Positions 1-9,558 of a DNA stretch of 64,000 nucleotides are shown here, piece after piece (position 1 is the stretch's first letter; the number at the start of each line of letters is the position of its first letter). The stretch is from an uncultured Actinomycetes bacterium (GTDB lineage Bacteria > Actinomycetota > Thermoleophilia > RBG-16-64-13): the NCBI GenBank assembly GCA_937148845.1, contig CAKZRW010000027.1, positions 3,555-67,554 of the forward strand. Reading direction: 5' to 3'. A program made the position numbers and the translations under genes. Below the pieces are notes generated by a model that had not been told where the DNA came from, did no database searches, and saw nothing but the letters and a program-made list of their open reading frames with translations.

Positions 1-428
1 GTCGGCCCGTGCTTTCCTGCCAGGATGGGCATATGCGACAGCCCCGCCGGCACATAAGCGACCCAACTGGAGGTGAGGGGTATGACCTCGTCTTCGATCT
101 GCATGAACATGGGATCGATGTCCTCGGGACGATTCGGGTCCACGCTCCACCAAGAGAGGAGCTCGGGGAAATCGTGGGCGTGAGGGTTGAGGATGGGAAG
201 GCGCTTGCCGGCGCTTGCTAGTTCGTCCCAGGTTACCTGGTTGGGGAAATAAGAAGGCCACATCCAAGTGGTCTCGCCGTAGTAGGCGCCCGGGATAACG
301 TCCCGGTCGATCCAGTGCACATGCTCAAGTCCCAATCTCTTGCCCTGGGCTGCAAGCTCTCGGCGCTCTTCAGGAGTGGGGCCGGGGAGCAGGTGTTCTT
401 TTTGCAGACTTGTGCAGATGTACTTCAT
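1..428 (-). CDS. Cupin-domain protein, paralog 1 of 4; partial, 3' end lies beyond the left edge
   Basis: Minus-strand frame open from an ATG at about 428 to position 1, with no stop in the window. The ORF track does not list it. My translation gives MKYICTSLQKEHLL...HAHDFPELLSWWSVDPNRPEDIDPMFMQIEDEVIPLTSSWVAYVPAGLSHMP, which carries the HxH..E..PxGxxH cupin motifs seen in the ORFs at 22516, 44645 and 46831. The start ATG overlaps the TGA stop of the upstream AOR gene (ATGA). Confidence 0.5.
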   Translation of the reverse strand, partial: MKYICTSLQKEHLLPGPTPEERRELAAQGKRLGLEHVHWIDRDVIPGAYYGETTWMWPSYFPNQVTWDELASAGKRLPILNPHAHDFPELLSWWSVDPNRPEDIDPMFMQIEDEVIPLTSSWVAYVPAGLSHMPILAGKHGP

Positions 429-2272
429 GGCCACAACACCTGAGCCACGTCGTCCAGGCCCAGTTCGAGCAGCTTCGCCTTGCTCGGCTTGCCAGTCTTC
501 GTGTCCCAGTCCATCTCGACCAGATACTGGTCGTAGATCTCTTCGTGGGTGAAACTGATACCTGCTCTTGGCCCCTCGGTCTTGGGAGGAACCCCCCTCA
601 TGCGGTCGGGGTGGAGGAAGGGTGTCTGTAGTCCCTCTCGTATGTTGAACGCTTGCCGCATGTTGGTGATCCGCTCACCCGTGACGAGCAGCTCCTCCTT
701 GGTGAGGTCTTGCCAGCCGGTCACGGCGTGTAGAGCCTCCACCAGCTGGTCCGCGCTGGGATAGGCGCCGGCGACGAAATGGCACAGGCCCAGCGCGCTC
801 ACGGCGTGCATGAAGTTGGTGCTCGCCTTATGGTAGGGACCGCGACCGGTCTTCTGGTCTGGGGGAACTTCGGGCACTCCGAGCGCTGGTGGGTGGAGCC
901 CCCCGCCCTGGTTGTGGCGCCCTGGAGTGGGATCGCACCCGTACCCGATTGCGAAGCTCCAGCCCCCACGCGGGTCGTGGCCGGCGATTTCCTGCCCGCC
1001 GATATGCATGGCGTACCGATCGGCGTCACGGCCCACCCGTGCGGCCGCTCGTTTAAGACCGTCAGCCAGAATATCGCCGAAGCCCTCCCGTCTCCCGATC
1101 TTCTCGGTCATAGCCACAAGCGCCTGATGGTTGCCCCAGGTCATTTCCAGTCCGTCGGTGTCTTCCTTAGTAAGGATGCCCCGCTCGTAACACTCCATCG
1201 TGAACGCTATGCAAGCCCCGGCAGAGATGGTGTCGAGCCCATAGCGGTTGCACAGCTCGTTGGCGACGATGATGGAGTCGAGGTTGTCGTTGAGGCAGTT
1301 GCTATCGAACATGGCCAGCGTTTCGTACTCGGGTTTGTGGGTGCCCTCTCGGTATCGGTATTCCCCGTCGCCGGCGTGCATGTGTCCGCCGCAAGCGATG
1401 GGGCAGCGCCAGCAAGCGAAGCGACGTTTCTGCTTGGCTAACACGGCCTCTCCACCACAGGAGGCGTAGGTGGGCAAGTCCACGGCTGCCACGCCCGCCC
1501 AGTTCTTGGCCGGGGCGTCGTCGATCGCACAGCACATCTCATAGATGCCGGGCGTGCCGGTGGCGTGGAGCTGTTCGGCGTGACCGGTCAAGCTGGCGAC
1601 GTGCTTCTTGCGCAGCTCCCGCATCAGTTCCGGCTCTGCCACGGGCACCGGCAGATCCCCCTGCACTGCGACAGCTTTGAGTCTCTTCGACCCCATGACG
1701 GCGCCCAAACCGGAGCGACCTGCCGCTCGTCCCTTGTTGTTGATCACAGCAGCGATGAGGGCAAGCTTCTCCCCGGCGGGCCCGATGCAAGCGATCTCTA
1801 GATCCTTGCCATGCTGCCCTCTCAAGATGTCCTCGGTTTCGACCGTATCTTTGCCCCATAGGGGACAGGCCCAGCGAAGCTCAGCTGAACCGCCCCCGAT
1901 GTGGAGGTATACCGGTCGTTCGGACCGGCCGGTGAAAAAGACCGCGTCGTAACCGGCCGTTTTCAATCGCGGGCCGAAGCTCCCGCCGGAGTTCGCATCT
2001 CCCCAGCCGCCCGTGAGTGGTGACTTGCCGACCACTGTGTAGCGGGAACCTCCTACTGCATCTGTACCAGTCAGGATGCCGGTGACAAAGCCCAGAATCG
2101 CGTCCGGGCCCAGCGGGTCCACGCCCGCTTTCTGGCGGTCCCACAAGATGCGGGCGCCCAATCCGTACCCGCCTAAGCATCTGCGGGCCGTGGGTTCGTC
2201 AAATTGTTCTTCTCTGAAGTTCCCGATGGAGAGGTCCACCCACAGGATCTTTCCCATCGCTCCGAAGCCCAA
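425..2272 (-). CDS. Aldehyde:ferredoxin oxidoreductase (tungsten-containing AOR family)
   Basis: 615-aa ORF with an N-terminus (GKILWVDLS) and overall pattern typical of the AOR family. The TTG start at 2272 sits 5-6 nt after a GGAGG. Confidence 0.8.
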   Translation of the reverse strand: MGFGAMGKILWVDLSIGNFREEQFDEPTARRCLGGYGLGARILWDRQKAGVDPLGPDAILGFVTGILTGTDAVGGSRYTVVGKSPLTGGWGDANSGGSFGPRLKTAGYDAVFFTGRSERPVYLHIGGGSAELRWACPLWGKDTVETEDILRGQHGKDLEIACIGPAGEKLALIAAVINNKGRAAGRSGLGAVMGSKRLKAVAVQGDLPVPVAEPELMRELRKKHVASLTGHAEQLHATGTPGIYEMCCAIDDAPAKNWAGVAAVDLPTYASCGGEAVLAKQKRRFACWRCPIACGGHMHAGDGEYRYREGTHKPEYETLAMFDSNCLNDNLDSIIVANELCNRYGLDTISAGACIAFTMECYERGILTKEDTDGLEMTWGNHQALVAMTEKIGRREGFGDILADGLKRAAARVGRDADRYAMHIGGQEIAGHDPRGGWSFAIGYGCDPTPGRHNQGGGLHPPALGVPEVPPDQKTGRGPYHKASTNFMHAVSALGLCHFVAGAYPSADQLVEALHAVTGWQDLTKEELLVTGERITNMRQAFNIREGLQTPFLHPDRMRGVPPKTEGPRAGISFTHEEIYDQYLVEMDWDTKTGKPSKAKLLELGLDDVAQVLWP

Positions 2273-2472
2273 CGTGACCTCCAGGGGTTGCGTTTCCAGT
2301 CTAAAGCCTGATAAAAATTAACTTGGACTACTGATTAGGTAGTATTAAGAATAACCCTGAGGCTCGGCCTGGTCCAGACCATGTGGAGCAAGTCTCCGGG
2401 CGCGTCTCGCCAAGGGTGGGGCAGCGCCTAGGCGGGGTAGCGGCTTCCTCACTGGGGAGGGAAGGTTCGCCG

Positions 2473-3270
2473 GTGAAGAACATTGCGGTGTGCATGAAGC
2501 AGGTGCTGGATCCGGAGATGCCCTTGTCACTTTTTCGCATTGACCCGGAAACCAAGTCAGCCCTACCTGCGAGGGGTGCCCCGCCTGTGCTTAGTCCCTT
2601 CGATGAAAACGCTCTCGAAGCGGCCCTGCGCATCAAGGACGACGAGAAGGCTAAAGTCACTGTCATCACCTTAGGGAGGAGACTGGTGCGGGCGGTGGTG
2701 ACTGCCTCACTGGCGGCAGGGGCCGATGAGCTCTTGCTCCTGGAGGACGCTTCGTTCAATGAGTTTGACCCCTTCCTGACCGCTTCCGCGCTGGCGGCTG
2801 CAATCAGAAAGAGGGGACCGTACGACCTTGTTCTCTGTGGACTGCAAGCAGCGGACACCAACGCCGGTCTGGTTCCCATCGGTATAGCCTGCCTGTTGGG
2901 CGTGACCTGCCTGACCGGCGCGCGAGAGGTTCGACTCAAAGAGGAGAGCGTGGTAGTCGCGCGGTCGCTGGCGTATGGGTACGAGGTGCTCGAGGCTCCC
3001 TGTCCGGCTGTGGTGACGGTGACCTATGAGGTGGGCTCCCTGCGCGAGCCGGGCGTGGAAGCCTTCATGTCGGCCAGCGCCAAGCCCGTCATTGTCTGGA
3101 CTGCTGCCGACCTAGAGCTGGAGCAGGCAGGTATGGCTGGTGGCAGGACCGAGATCCTGCGCATGGAAGTCCCCGTGCGGGCGAGCCGTTGCGAGATCTT
3201 GGAGGGCGAGAGTGTGCAGGCCAAGGCGGAGCAGCTGGTCAGCCGGCTGCAGCAGGCGAAAGTGATCTAG
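2473..3270 (+). CDS. etfB: Electron transfer flavoprotein beta subunit (EtfB/FixA-like)
   Basis: KNIAVCMKQVLDPE... matches the EtfB N-terminus (VCIKQVPD-type). The GTG start at 2473 follows GGGAGGGAAGG. The ORF as listed (from 2383) has an unlikely 30-aa extension. Confidence 0.8.
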   Translation: MKNIAVCMKQVLDPEMPLSLFRIDPETKSALPARGAPPVLSPFDENALEAALRIKDDEKAKVTVITLGRRLVRAVVTASLAAGADELLLLEDASFNEFDPFLTASALAAAIRKRGPYDLVLCGLQAADTNAGLVPIGIACLLGVTCLTGAREVRLKEESVVVARSLAYGYEVLEAPCPAVVTVTYEVGSLREPGVEAFMSASAKPVIVWTAADLELEQAGMAGGRTEILRMEVPVRASRCEILEGESVQAKAEQLVSRLQQAKVI

Positions 3271-3298
3271 GGTGTGCTGAGGAGGGGGAAGCGACCAC

Positions 3299-4327
3299 AT
3301 GGTGCCTCCGGCGGATGGGCGAGGCGTTCTAGTCTACTGTGAGGTCGAGGGTGGGAGGCTGGCTCCCCTCGCGCTTGAGGTCTTGGGAGTGGGGCGTCGT
3401 CTGGCTTCTGCTTTGGGCCAAGAGCTGGGCGCTGTTCTTATCGGAGAGGGGGTCGCACCGTTGGCCTCGGAAGTCATCGTCCACGGAGCGGACAAGGTGT
3501 ATGTGGGCGAGGCGGGCTTGCTCTGCGAGTACGTTTTGGAACTTTATCTTCCAGTCGTGGAGGAGGCAATCGAGCAGGCCCAGCCAGCTATCCTCCTCTT
3601 CGGACACACGCTGGTAGGACGGGAGCTTGCTCCCTGGACGGCCTTCCGACGGGGTGTGGTCGCCTCGATGGACTGTGTCGCGTTGGAGATAGACCCCCAT
3701 ACCAAGCGTCTCCTGATGACCCGCCCCGTCTATGGAGGTAACGCCCAGGCCGTGCAGGTGTCGATGGGCGACCCTCAGGTCGCCACTGTCAGGGCGAAGA
3801 CGATGGCCCCGGCAGTAAAAGACCACGGCCGGTACGGCCAGGTCGTGGAACTCAAGGCGGGGGGACGACTGCCGGCTCCGCGGGTGAAGGTCCTGGAGAG
3901 GAAGGCGGAGCCGGGGACAAGGGTCAAGCTGGAGGAGGCCCGGGTGGTCGTCGCTGGGGGGCGAGGCATAGGTAGTGCCTCAGGCTTCAAGCAGTTAGAA
4001 GAGCTGGCCGGTCTTCTCGGCGGCGCCGTGGGAGCCACTCGCCCGCCCTGTGACGCCAAGTGGGCTAAGGAAAGCCAGCAGATCGGCATTACCGGCAGAA
4101 TAGTTGGCCCCGAGCTGTACATTGCTGTGGCGCTTTCGGGGGCGAGCCAGCACCTGGCCGGCTGTTCCGCGGCGAAAGTGATCGTCGCCATAAACAAGGA
4201 TCCAGAGGCCAACATTTTCCACGTCGTCGACTATGGCATTGCGGACGATTGGAAAGCAGTCGTGCCGGCTCTCCTTTCCTGCTTGCGCGCCCGGACGGAC
4301 AAGGAGACCGAAGGTATATGGCGTTAG
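3299..4327 (+). CDS. etfA: Electron transfer flavoprotein alpha subunit (EtfA/FixB-like)
   Basis: 342-aa ORF with an EtfA-like domain pattern. It directly follows etfB after a GGAGGGGGAAG RBS. Confidence 0.8.
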   Translation: MVPPADGRGVLVYCEVEGGRLAPLALEVLGVGRRLASALGQELGAVLIGEGVAPLASEVIVHGADKVYVGEAGLLCEYVLELYLPVVEEAIEQAQPAILLFGHTLVGRELAPWTAFRRGVVASMDCVALEIDPHTKRLLMTRPVYGGNAQAVQVSMGDPQVATVRAKTMAPAVKDHGRYGQVVELKAGGRLPAPRVKVLERKAEPGTRVKLEEARVVVAGGRGIGSASGFKQLEELAGLLGGAVGATRPPCDAKWAKESQQIGITGRIVGPELYIAVALSGASQHLAGCSAAKVIVAINKDPEANIFHVVDYGIADDWKAVVPALLSCLRARTDKETEGIWR

Positions 4328-5793
4328 ACGATCTCGGCCGTATCGTGGGGGAGGCTAACTTCACGAAAAACCCGGCTGCCCTCCAGGAGTACTGCGAGGG
4401 CAAAGGCGGGTGCGTTCCCCGGGCCTTGGTAAGGCCAGCTAGTACCGAGGAGGTCCAACGCATTGTGGAGTGGGCCAACGACACTCGCGCGCTGCTGGTT
4501 CCGGTGAGCTCAGGTCCACCCCATATACACGGTGGATCTACACCGAGCGTGGAGGGAGCGGTGGTCGTCGACCTGCGGCGGATGGACAAGGTCATCCGCG
4601 TCGATAAGAACAACCGGGTGGTCATAGTGCAGCCGGGAGTGACTTTCGGGCACTTGCAGACCGAGCTGGCCCGGCAGGGGCTTTCGGCCTACCTGCCTCT
4701 CTTGCCTCGTCCCACAAAATCGGTGCTGGCAAGCGTGCTTGAGCGGGAGCCCATCCTGATGCCGAGCGTTCATTTTGACAGCACCGATCCCCTGCTTTGT
4801 GCAGAGATAGTCTTCGGCACGGGAGATCGCATGCGCACGGGCGAGGCGGCCGGGCCAGACACTCTGGAGGAACAGTGGGAGATCGGCAAGGCCCAGATCA
4901 GCCCCTTCGGGCCCACTCAGATGGATCCCCAGAGGCTGGTCTCGGGGGCTCAGGGCACCATAGGCATCGTGACTTGGGTCTCTCTGAAGTGCCGCCAGCG
5001 TTCGGATGAGGCGCGTGCGTTCTTCCTGCCGAGCGAGGATCTGGATGCGCTTGTCGAGCTCAGCTACCACCTCTGCCGTATCCGTTACACCGGGACGATT
5101 CTCTTGCTGGACAGAGTGAACTTGGCCCGCATGGCCCAGAGGACTCCCCGAGAGATTCATGGCCTGCAGTGCGCTCTTCCCAACTGGGTGCTGTTCGTGG
5201 CGTACGAGGGGTATGGCCTGCTTCCGGAAGAGAAGCTGAAGTACTTGGAAGAGGACCTGCGGGAATCAGCTTCCTCCTACGGCCTAGAGCCGGTGACCGA
5301 TCTTGCTGGGTTGCCGGGGGAGGCCTTGTACCGGCTCCTTCTAGGGCCTTCTTCGCAACCTTATTGGAAGCTTCGGTCGCACGGCGGTTTTCGCGATGTG
5401 TTCTTCATCACCACCCAGGACAAGACGCCCTACTTTGCCAAGAGGATGCGAAAACTGGCGCGTCGGTTTGGCTTTCCGACGCAGCAACTGGGTATGTACA
5501 TGCAGCCGGTGGTGCAGGGGACGAGCTGCCACTTGGAGTTCAACCTGTACTTCGATCCTACCGATCTGACCGGCGTGAAACGGTTGCGTCGTCTGGAGGC
5601 GGCCGCGGTCGACCGGCTGGAGAGAGAGGGGGCTTTCTTTGCCCGGCCCTATCCAGGTTGGGCGGAGGCGGCCTACAGGGGGTACCCCGACACCGCGGCT
5701 ATGCAGAGAAAGGTCAAAGCCATCTTTGACCCGAACTGGGTGCTCAATCCGGGCAAGCTGTGCTTCCCGCCCGGCAGCGGGAGGCAAGACTGA
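4318..5793 (+). CDS. FAD-binding oxidase, GlcD/D-lactate dehydrogenase-like (LctD-like)
   Basis: FAD-binding (PCMH-type) N-terminal domain (VVVDLRRMDKVIRVDKNNRVVIVQPGVTFGHLQ) and a FAD-linked oxidase C-terminal domain. The start at 4318 (MALDDLG) overlaps the etfA 3' end. etfB-etfA-GlcD-like gene order matches the Lct-type Etf/lactate dehydrogenase arrangement. Confidence 0.75.
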   Translation: MALDDLGRIVGEANFTKNPAALQEYCEGKGGCVPRALVRPASTEEVQRIVEWANDTRALLVPVSSGPPHIHGGSTPSVEGAVVVDLRRMDKVIRVDKNNRVVIVQPGVTFGHLQTELARQGLSAYLPLLPRPTKSVLASVLEREPILMPSVHFDSTDPLLCAEIVFGTGDRMRTGEAAGPDTLEEQWEIGKAQISPFGPTQMDPQRLVSGAQGTIGIVTWVSLKCRQRSDEARAFFLPSEDLDALVELSYHLCRIRYTGTILLLDRVNLARMAQRTPREIHGLQCALPNWVLFVAYEGYGLLPEEKLKYLEEDLRESASSYGLEPVTDLAGLPGEALYRLLLGPSSQPYWKLRSHGGFRDVFFITTQDKTPYFAKRMRKLARRFGFPTQQLGMYMQPVVQGTSCHLEFNLYFDPTDLTGVKRLRRLEAAAVDRLEREGAFFARPYPGWAEAAYRGYPDTAAMQRKVKAIFDPNWVLNPGKLCFPPGSGRQD

Positions 5794-5796
5794 GAG

Positions 5797-7098
5797 ATGA
5801 CCTGGCAAGACTTCATACATGACATGCAGCGATGCACGCGCTGCTCGTACTGCAAGTACATACCCTGGCGATTGATACGAAACTTCAGGTTCAGCGAAGG
5901 TTGCCCCTCAGCAGCTCGTTATCACTGGCATGCCTATGCGGCGGGCGGGAAGTTCAATCTGGCGTATAGCCTCCTGCAGGGGGCCATTGACATCAACGAC
6001 AGTTTGTTGGAGGTGGTCTATAAGTGTCTGATGGACGGCTCTTGTGACATAGCCTGCAAGGTTCAGCAAGATCTAGAACCCCTGCAGCACATGCAGGAGT
6101 TTCGGGTGGAGTGCGTCGCTCGAGGGTATCTCCTTCCTCAGCACCAGCCCTATCTGCGGAGCCTGCGGGCAGAGGACAACATGTTGTTAAGGCGCCGGGA
6201 GGAGCGCGGGTACTGGGCCGAGGGGCTGGAAGTCAAACGGGTCACGAGCGACAAGGCCGAGGTAGTCTTTTTCGCTGGGTGCCGCTACTCCTACGACCAA
6301 GACCTCTGGCCGGTGGCAAGAGCGGCGGTGCATCTTCTGCAGCGGGCGGGAGTGGATGTCGGCATACTGGGGGCAGATGAGGCCTGTTGCGCGGGGCGGG
6401 CCTACGAGCTGGGATACGAAGGCGAGCTCATGAAGTTCGCTGAGCACCAGCGGGACACTCTGGCCACGGTGGCCAGGACGGCGGGGGTCCACACTCTGGT
6501 CACTGCCTGTTCCGACTGTTACAGCACCTTCAAAGTTCTGTATGACAAGATCGGCAAGAAGAGCGACGTGGAGGTTTGTCACATTACGCAGTACCTGGAG
6601 CGGCTCATCCAGGAAGGCCGCTTACGGCCTCGCAAGTCCCTTGACCTCAACATCACCTACCACGACCCCTGCCACCTCGGTCGTCTGGGCGAACCGTGGA
6701 TCCATTGGCAAGGCCGGGAGTACAAGCCAGTGGGGACGCAGATCTGGCTACATGACCCACCCAAGAGATTCCGTCGCGGCACCCATGGGGTCTACGAGCC
6801 CCCGCGCAACGTTCTCAAGAGCATTCCCGGGCTGGAGTTGGTGGAGATGTACCGGACGCGCGAGTATGCCTGGTGCTGCGGAGCCGGCGGCGGTGTGATC
6901 GACGCCTACCCGGACTTCGCTCAGTGGACGGCTGCGGAAAGACTGGAGGAAGCCCACGAGGTGGGAGCCGAAGCCATTGTGAGCGCCTGTCCTTGGTGCA
7001 AGAGGAACTTCCTCGACACGGCAGCAATTACCAAAGACAGGATAGGGATCTTCGACCTTGTGGAACTGGTGGAGCGGGCGGTGGGGGGCAGCGAGTAG
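5797..7098 (+). CDS. Fe-S oxidoreductase with Cys-rich CCG domains (GlcF/GlpC/HdrD-like)
   Basis: CxxCxxC motifs plus two CCG signatures (CCGAGGG; CxxCC). Begins 4 nt after the previous stop. Confidence 0.7.
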   Translation: MTWQDFIHDMQRCTRCSYCKYIPWRLIRNFRFSEGCPSAARYHWHAYAAGGKFNLAYSLLQGAIDINDSLLEVVYKCLMDGSCDIACKVQQDLEPLQHMQEFRVECVARGYLLPQHQPYLRSLRAEDNMLLRRREERGYWAEGLEVKRVTSDKAEVVFFAGCRYSYDQDLWPVARAAVHLLQRAGVDVGILGADEACCAGRAYELGYEGELMKFAEHQRDTLATVARTAGVHTLVTACSDCYSTFKVLYDKIGKKSDVEVCHITQYLERLIQEGRLRPRKSLDLNITYHDPCHLGRLGEPWIHWQGREYKPVGTQIWLHDPPKRFRRGTHGVYEPPRNVLKSIPGLELVEMYRTREYAWCCGAGGGVIDAYPDFAQWTAAERLEEAHEVGAEAIVSACPWCKRNFLDTAAITKDRIGIFDLVELVERAVGGSE

Positions 7099-7120
7099 GC
7101 AGAGGCGGAGAAGTATCGCC

Positions 7121-8755
7121 ATGGCTCTGAGTGAAGAAGAACACAAAGTGCTTGAGGGTATCGTCGGCCCGCAGTACATCACTCGGGACCCTATCATCAT
7201 GGAAAGTTACTGCCAGGTGTGGGGCAACAAGCTCGAGTTCGGCGACAAATGGCACCGGCCCCCTGCCGCCGTGCTTTTGCCCGGGAATGTCGAAGAGATC
7301 CAGGCCATCGTCAAGTTCTGCAACCAGGCTGGGATCCTTTTCAAGCCCTTCGCTCGCGGCTTCGAGTATGTGGCCACCTATCTCGCCAGCAGCCGGGGTA
7401 TCTTGCTGGAGCTCAAGAGACTGAACCGCATACTGGAGATCGACCCCAAGAACCAGCATGCGGTGGTGGAGCCTTTTGTCCCTGTCTATCAATTGCAGGA
7501 CGCGGCTGGCAAGCTGGGATTCTATGTAGGCAAGCCGGGCGTGGGTTACAGCGCTTCCTGCGTCTCGCTGGCCTGCTGTCATCAGGAGATGACCATCTCG
7601 CAGCTCTACACCAGCGGCTACGGGCGCAACGTGCTCGGCTGTGAGTGGGTGCTTCCCACGGGGGACATCCTCAATCTGGGCACTGCGAACCGAAAGGGCG
7701 GGTGGTTCACTGGTGACGGGCCCGGTTTCAGTTTGCGGGGCATCTTGCGGGGACGAGCCGGCGCCAATGGTGGGCACGGCATCATCACCAAGTGCTCGGT
7801 GAAGCTCTACCCCTGGTACGCCAAGGCTCCCAGCGAGTGTGAACTGAAACGGGAACCCGGGCAGGCGCTGTCCGCTGCGCAGTTGGAGAAAGTGCCCGAC
7901 AACTACTGGGTGGATGTCCTCACCTTTCCAGATACCGAAAGGATGCTGCAGGCGGCACGGGACATCGGGCAAGCCGAGATCGCCTGCTTGGTAGCGCCCG
8001 CCTACATGAACACGGGTTTTCACGAAGAGGGCAACGACGAGCAATGGGCCAAGCTAAAGGAGTCGCCGCCGGACTTGGGCAAGTTCGCCCGCATGATGCC
8101 GGTCATAGTCAACGGCCACTCATCGCGGGAGCTTGAGTACAGGCGGAAGGCGGTAAGGGCAGCCATGGAGAAGTGGGGGGGGTGGCTCGAGCCAGAGTGG
8201 AACACTGAGAAGGTGAAAGCCCAGATCTTCCAGTACCAGATGTGGTCCACCGGGGTACCGGGTCTGAGGGCGACGGGCGACTTCATGTTGTCCACCCAAG
8301 GCGCTGACGGCTCGGTCGAAATGCAGCTGGCTTACCGTCCGGTCGAGTTCCAAGCCCTGCAGCCCTTTGCTGCGGCTGGCAACGTGTTGCATCCGAACAT
8401 GGGCATGTCGTACCGGCCTATGGAGCACTTCTCACTGGGCTGCTCAGGCGGCATCGCGACGGATTTCGACCCCTGGGATCCGGCCTCCCTCGCAGCTGGG
8501 AAGGAGTACTTGGAGATCGTCTACGATCCCCACGGGCCCTGCCGCCGGTTCGGTTACGCGAACCGTGGAGCCATGATGCAGGTGGAGGATGTCAACCATA
8601 TCCACGAGCGCTGGGGGCCTATCTACGATCGCGCCGATCGCTGGCTCCAGAAAGTGAGGAACATGCTGGACCCTAACCGTGTGGCTGACTGGTCCGCTTA
8701 TATTCCCCCTGAGTACCAGGAAAGACCGGACGAAGAGAGGCACGCATGCTGCTGA
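7121..8755 (+). CDS. FAD-binding oxidase, second GlcD/GlcE-like subunit
   Basis: PCMH-type FAD-binding domain (LLPGNVEEIQAIVKFCNQAGILFKPFARG). Probable start at the MALSEEEH ATG. Confidence 0.7.
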   Translation: MALSEEEHKVLEGIVGPQYITRDPIIMESYCQVWGNKLEFGDKWHRPPAAVLLPGNVEEIQAIVKFCNQAGILFKPFARGFEYVATYLASSRGILLELKRLNRILEIDPKNQHAVVEPFVPVYQLQDAAGKLGFYVGKPGVGYSASCVSLACCHQEMTISQLYTSGYGRNVLGCEWVLPTGDILNLGTANRKGGWFTGDGPGFSLRGILRGRAGANGGHGIITKCSVKLYPWYAKAPSECELKREPGQALSAAQLEKVPDNYWVDVLTFPDTERMLQAARDIGQAEIACLVAPAYMNTGFHEEGNDEQWAKLKESPPDLGKFARMMPVIVNGHSSRELEYRRKAVRAAMEKWGGWLEPEWNTEKVKAQIFQYQMWSTGVPGLRATGDFMLSTQGADGSVEMQLAYRPVEFQALQPFAAAGNVLHPNMGMSYRPMEHFSLGCSGGIATDFDPWDPASLAAGKEYLEIVYDPHGPCRRFGYANRGAMMQVEDVNHIHERWGPIYDRADRWLQKVRNMLDPNRVADWSAYIPPEYQERPDEERHACC

Positions 8756-9540
8756 GAGACAGGGTGGCCCTTGTCACCGGCGGAGCCAAAGGCATAGGCA
8801 GGGGCATAAGTCTGAAGTTCGCGGAAGAGGGTTGCGATATCGCCGTAGTGGACATCGACGCTGAAGCCGGGAATGAGACTGCTGAGCGGGTCAGGGGCAA
8901 GGGGAGAGAGGCTTTATTCCTGGAATGCGATGTCACCCGTCGTGCACAAGTGGAAGAGGTGGTCGGAACAGTCCTTGAGAGGTTTGGAAAGATCGATATC
9001 CTGGTGAACAACGCGGGGGGTATAAGCACGCCGGTCACCATCGAGAACATGCCCGAAGAGGTGTGGGATCAGATAGTGGACCTCAACCTCAAGAGCCAGT
9101 TTTTGTTCTGCAAGTTCGTGGTCCCGCACATGAAGAAGGCGCGCTCTGGAAAGATCATCTGTCTATCTTCCATCGGTGCTGCGCTGCCTCCGGCCCACAG
9201 CATCCACTACAACGCAGCTAAGGGTGGGGTGATCAGTTTCACTTACGACCTGGCTGCAACCGTAGCCCCCTATGGCATCAATGTCAACTGCATTGCTCCG
9301 GGGCCCGTCCGTACGCACTTCTTTGACGGGGTGGCGGGGCGGTGCTTGCCCGAAGAGGAGAAGGACGCTCTGTGCGCCGACCTGGCCAAAGAGGTTCCTC
9401 TCGGTCGTGTGGGCACTCCCGAGGACATCGCGGGAGCCGCCCTGTTCCTGGCCTCGGAGCTCGCCTCCTTTATCACCGGTCACTGTTTGTACGTGAGCGG
9501 CGGACTTCCGCTCCGACCCCTCTCAGATGCATCCGCCTGA
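8746..9540 (+). CDS. SDR-family oxidoreductase
   Basis: VALVTGGAKGIGRG Rossmann motif plus the SDR catalytic region (S..YxxxK). Confidence 0.8.
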   Translation: MLLRDRVALVTGGAKGIGRGISLKFAEEGCDIAVVDIDAEAGNETAERVRGKGREALFLECDVTRRAQVEEVVGTVLERFGKIDILVNNAGGISTPVTIENMPEEVWDQIVDLNLKSQFLFCKFVVPHMKKARSGKIICLSSIGAALPPAHSIHYNAAKGGVISFTYDLAATVAPYGINVNCIAPGPVRTHFFDGVAGRCLPEEEKDALCADLAKEVPLGRVGTPEDIAGAALFLASELASFITGHCLYVSGGLPLRPLSDASA

Positions 9541-9558
9541 AATCGGGGTGCCGGGGAG

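Noticed and set aside
9-631. Short plus-strand ORFs (9-221, 340-552, 410-631)
   Set aside because: They overlap the minus-strand cupin and AOR genes, which have family-level support.
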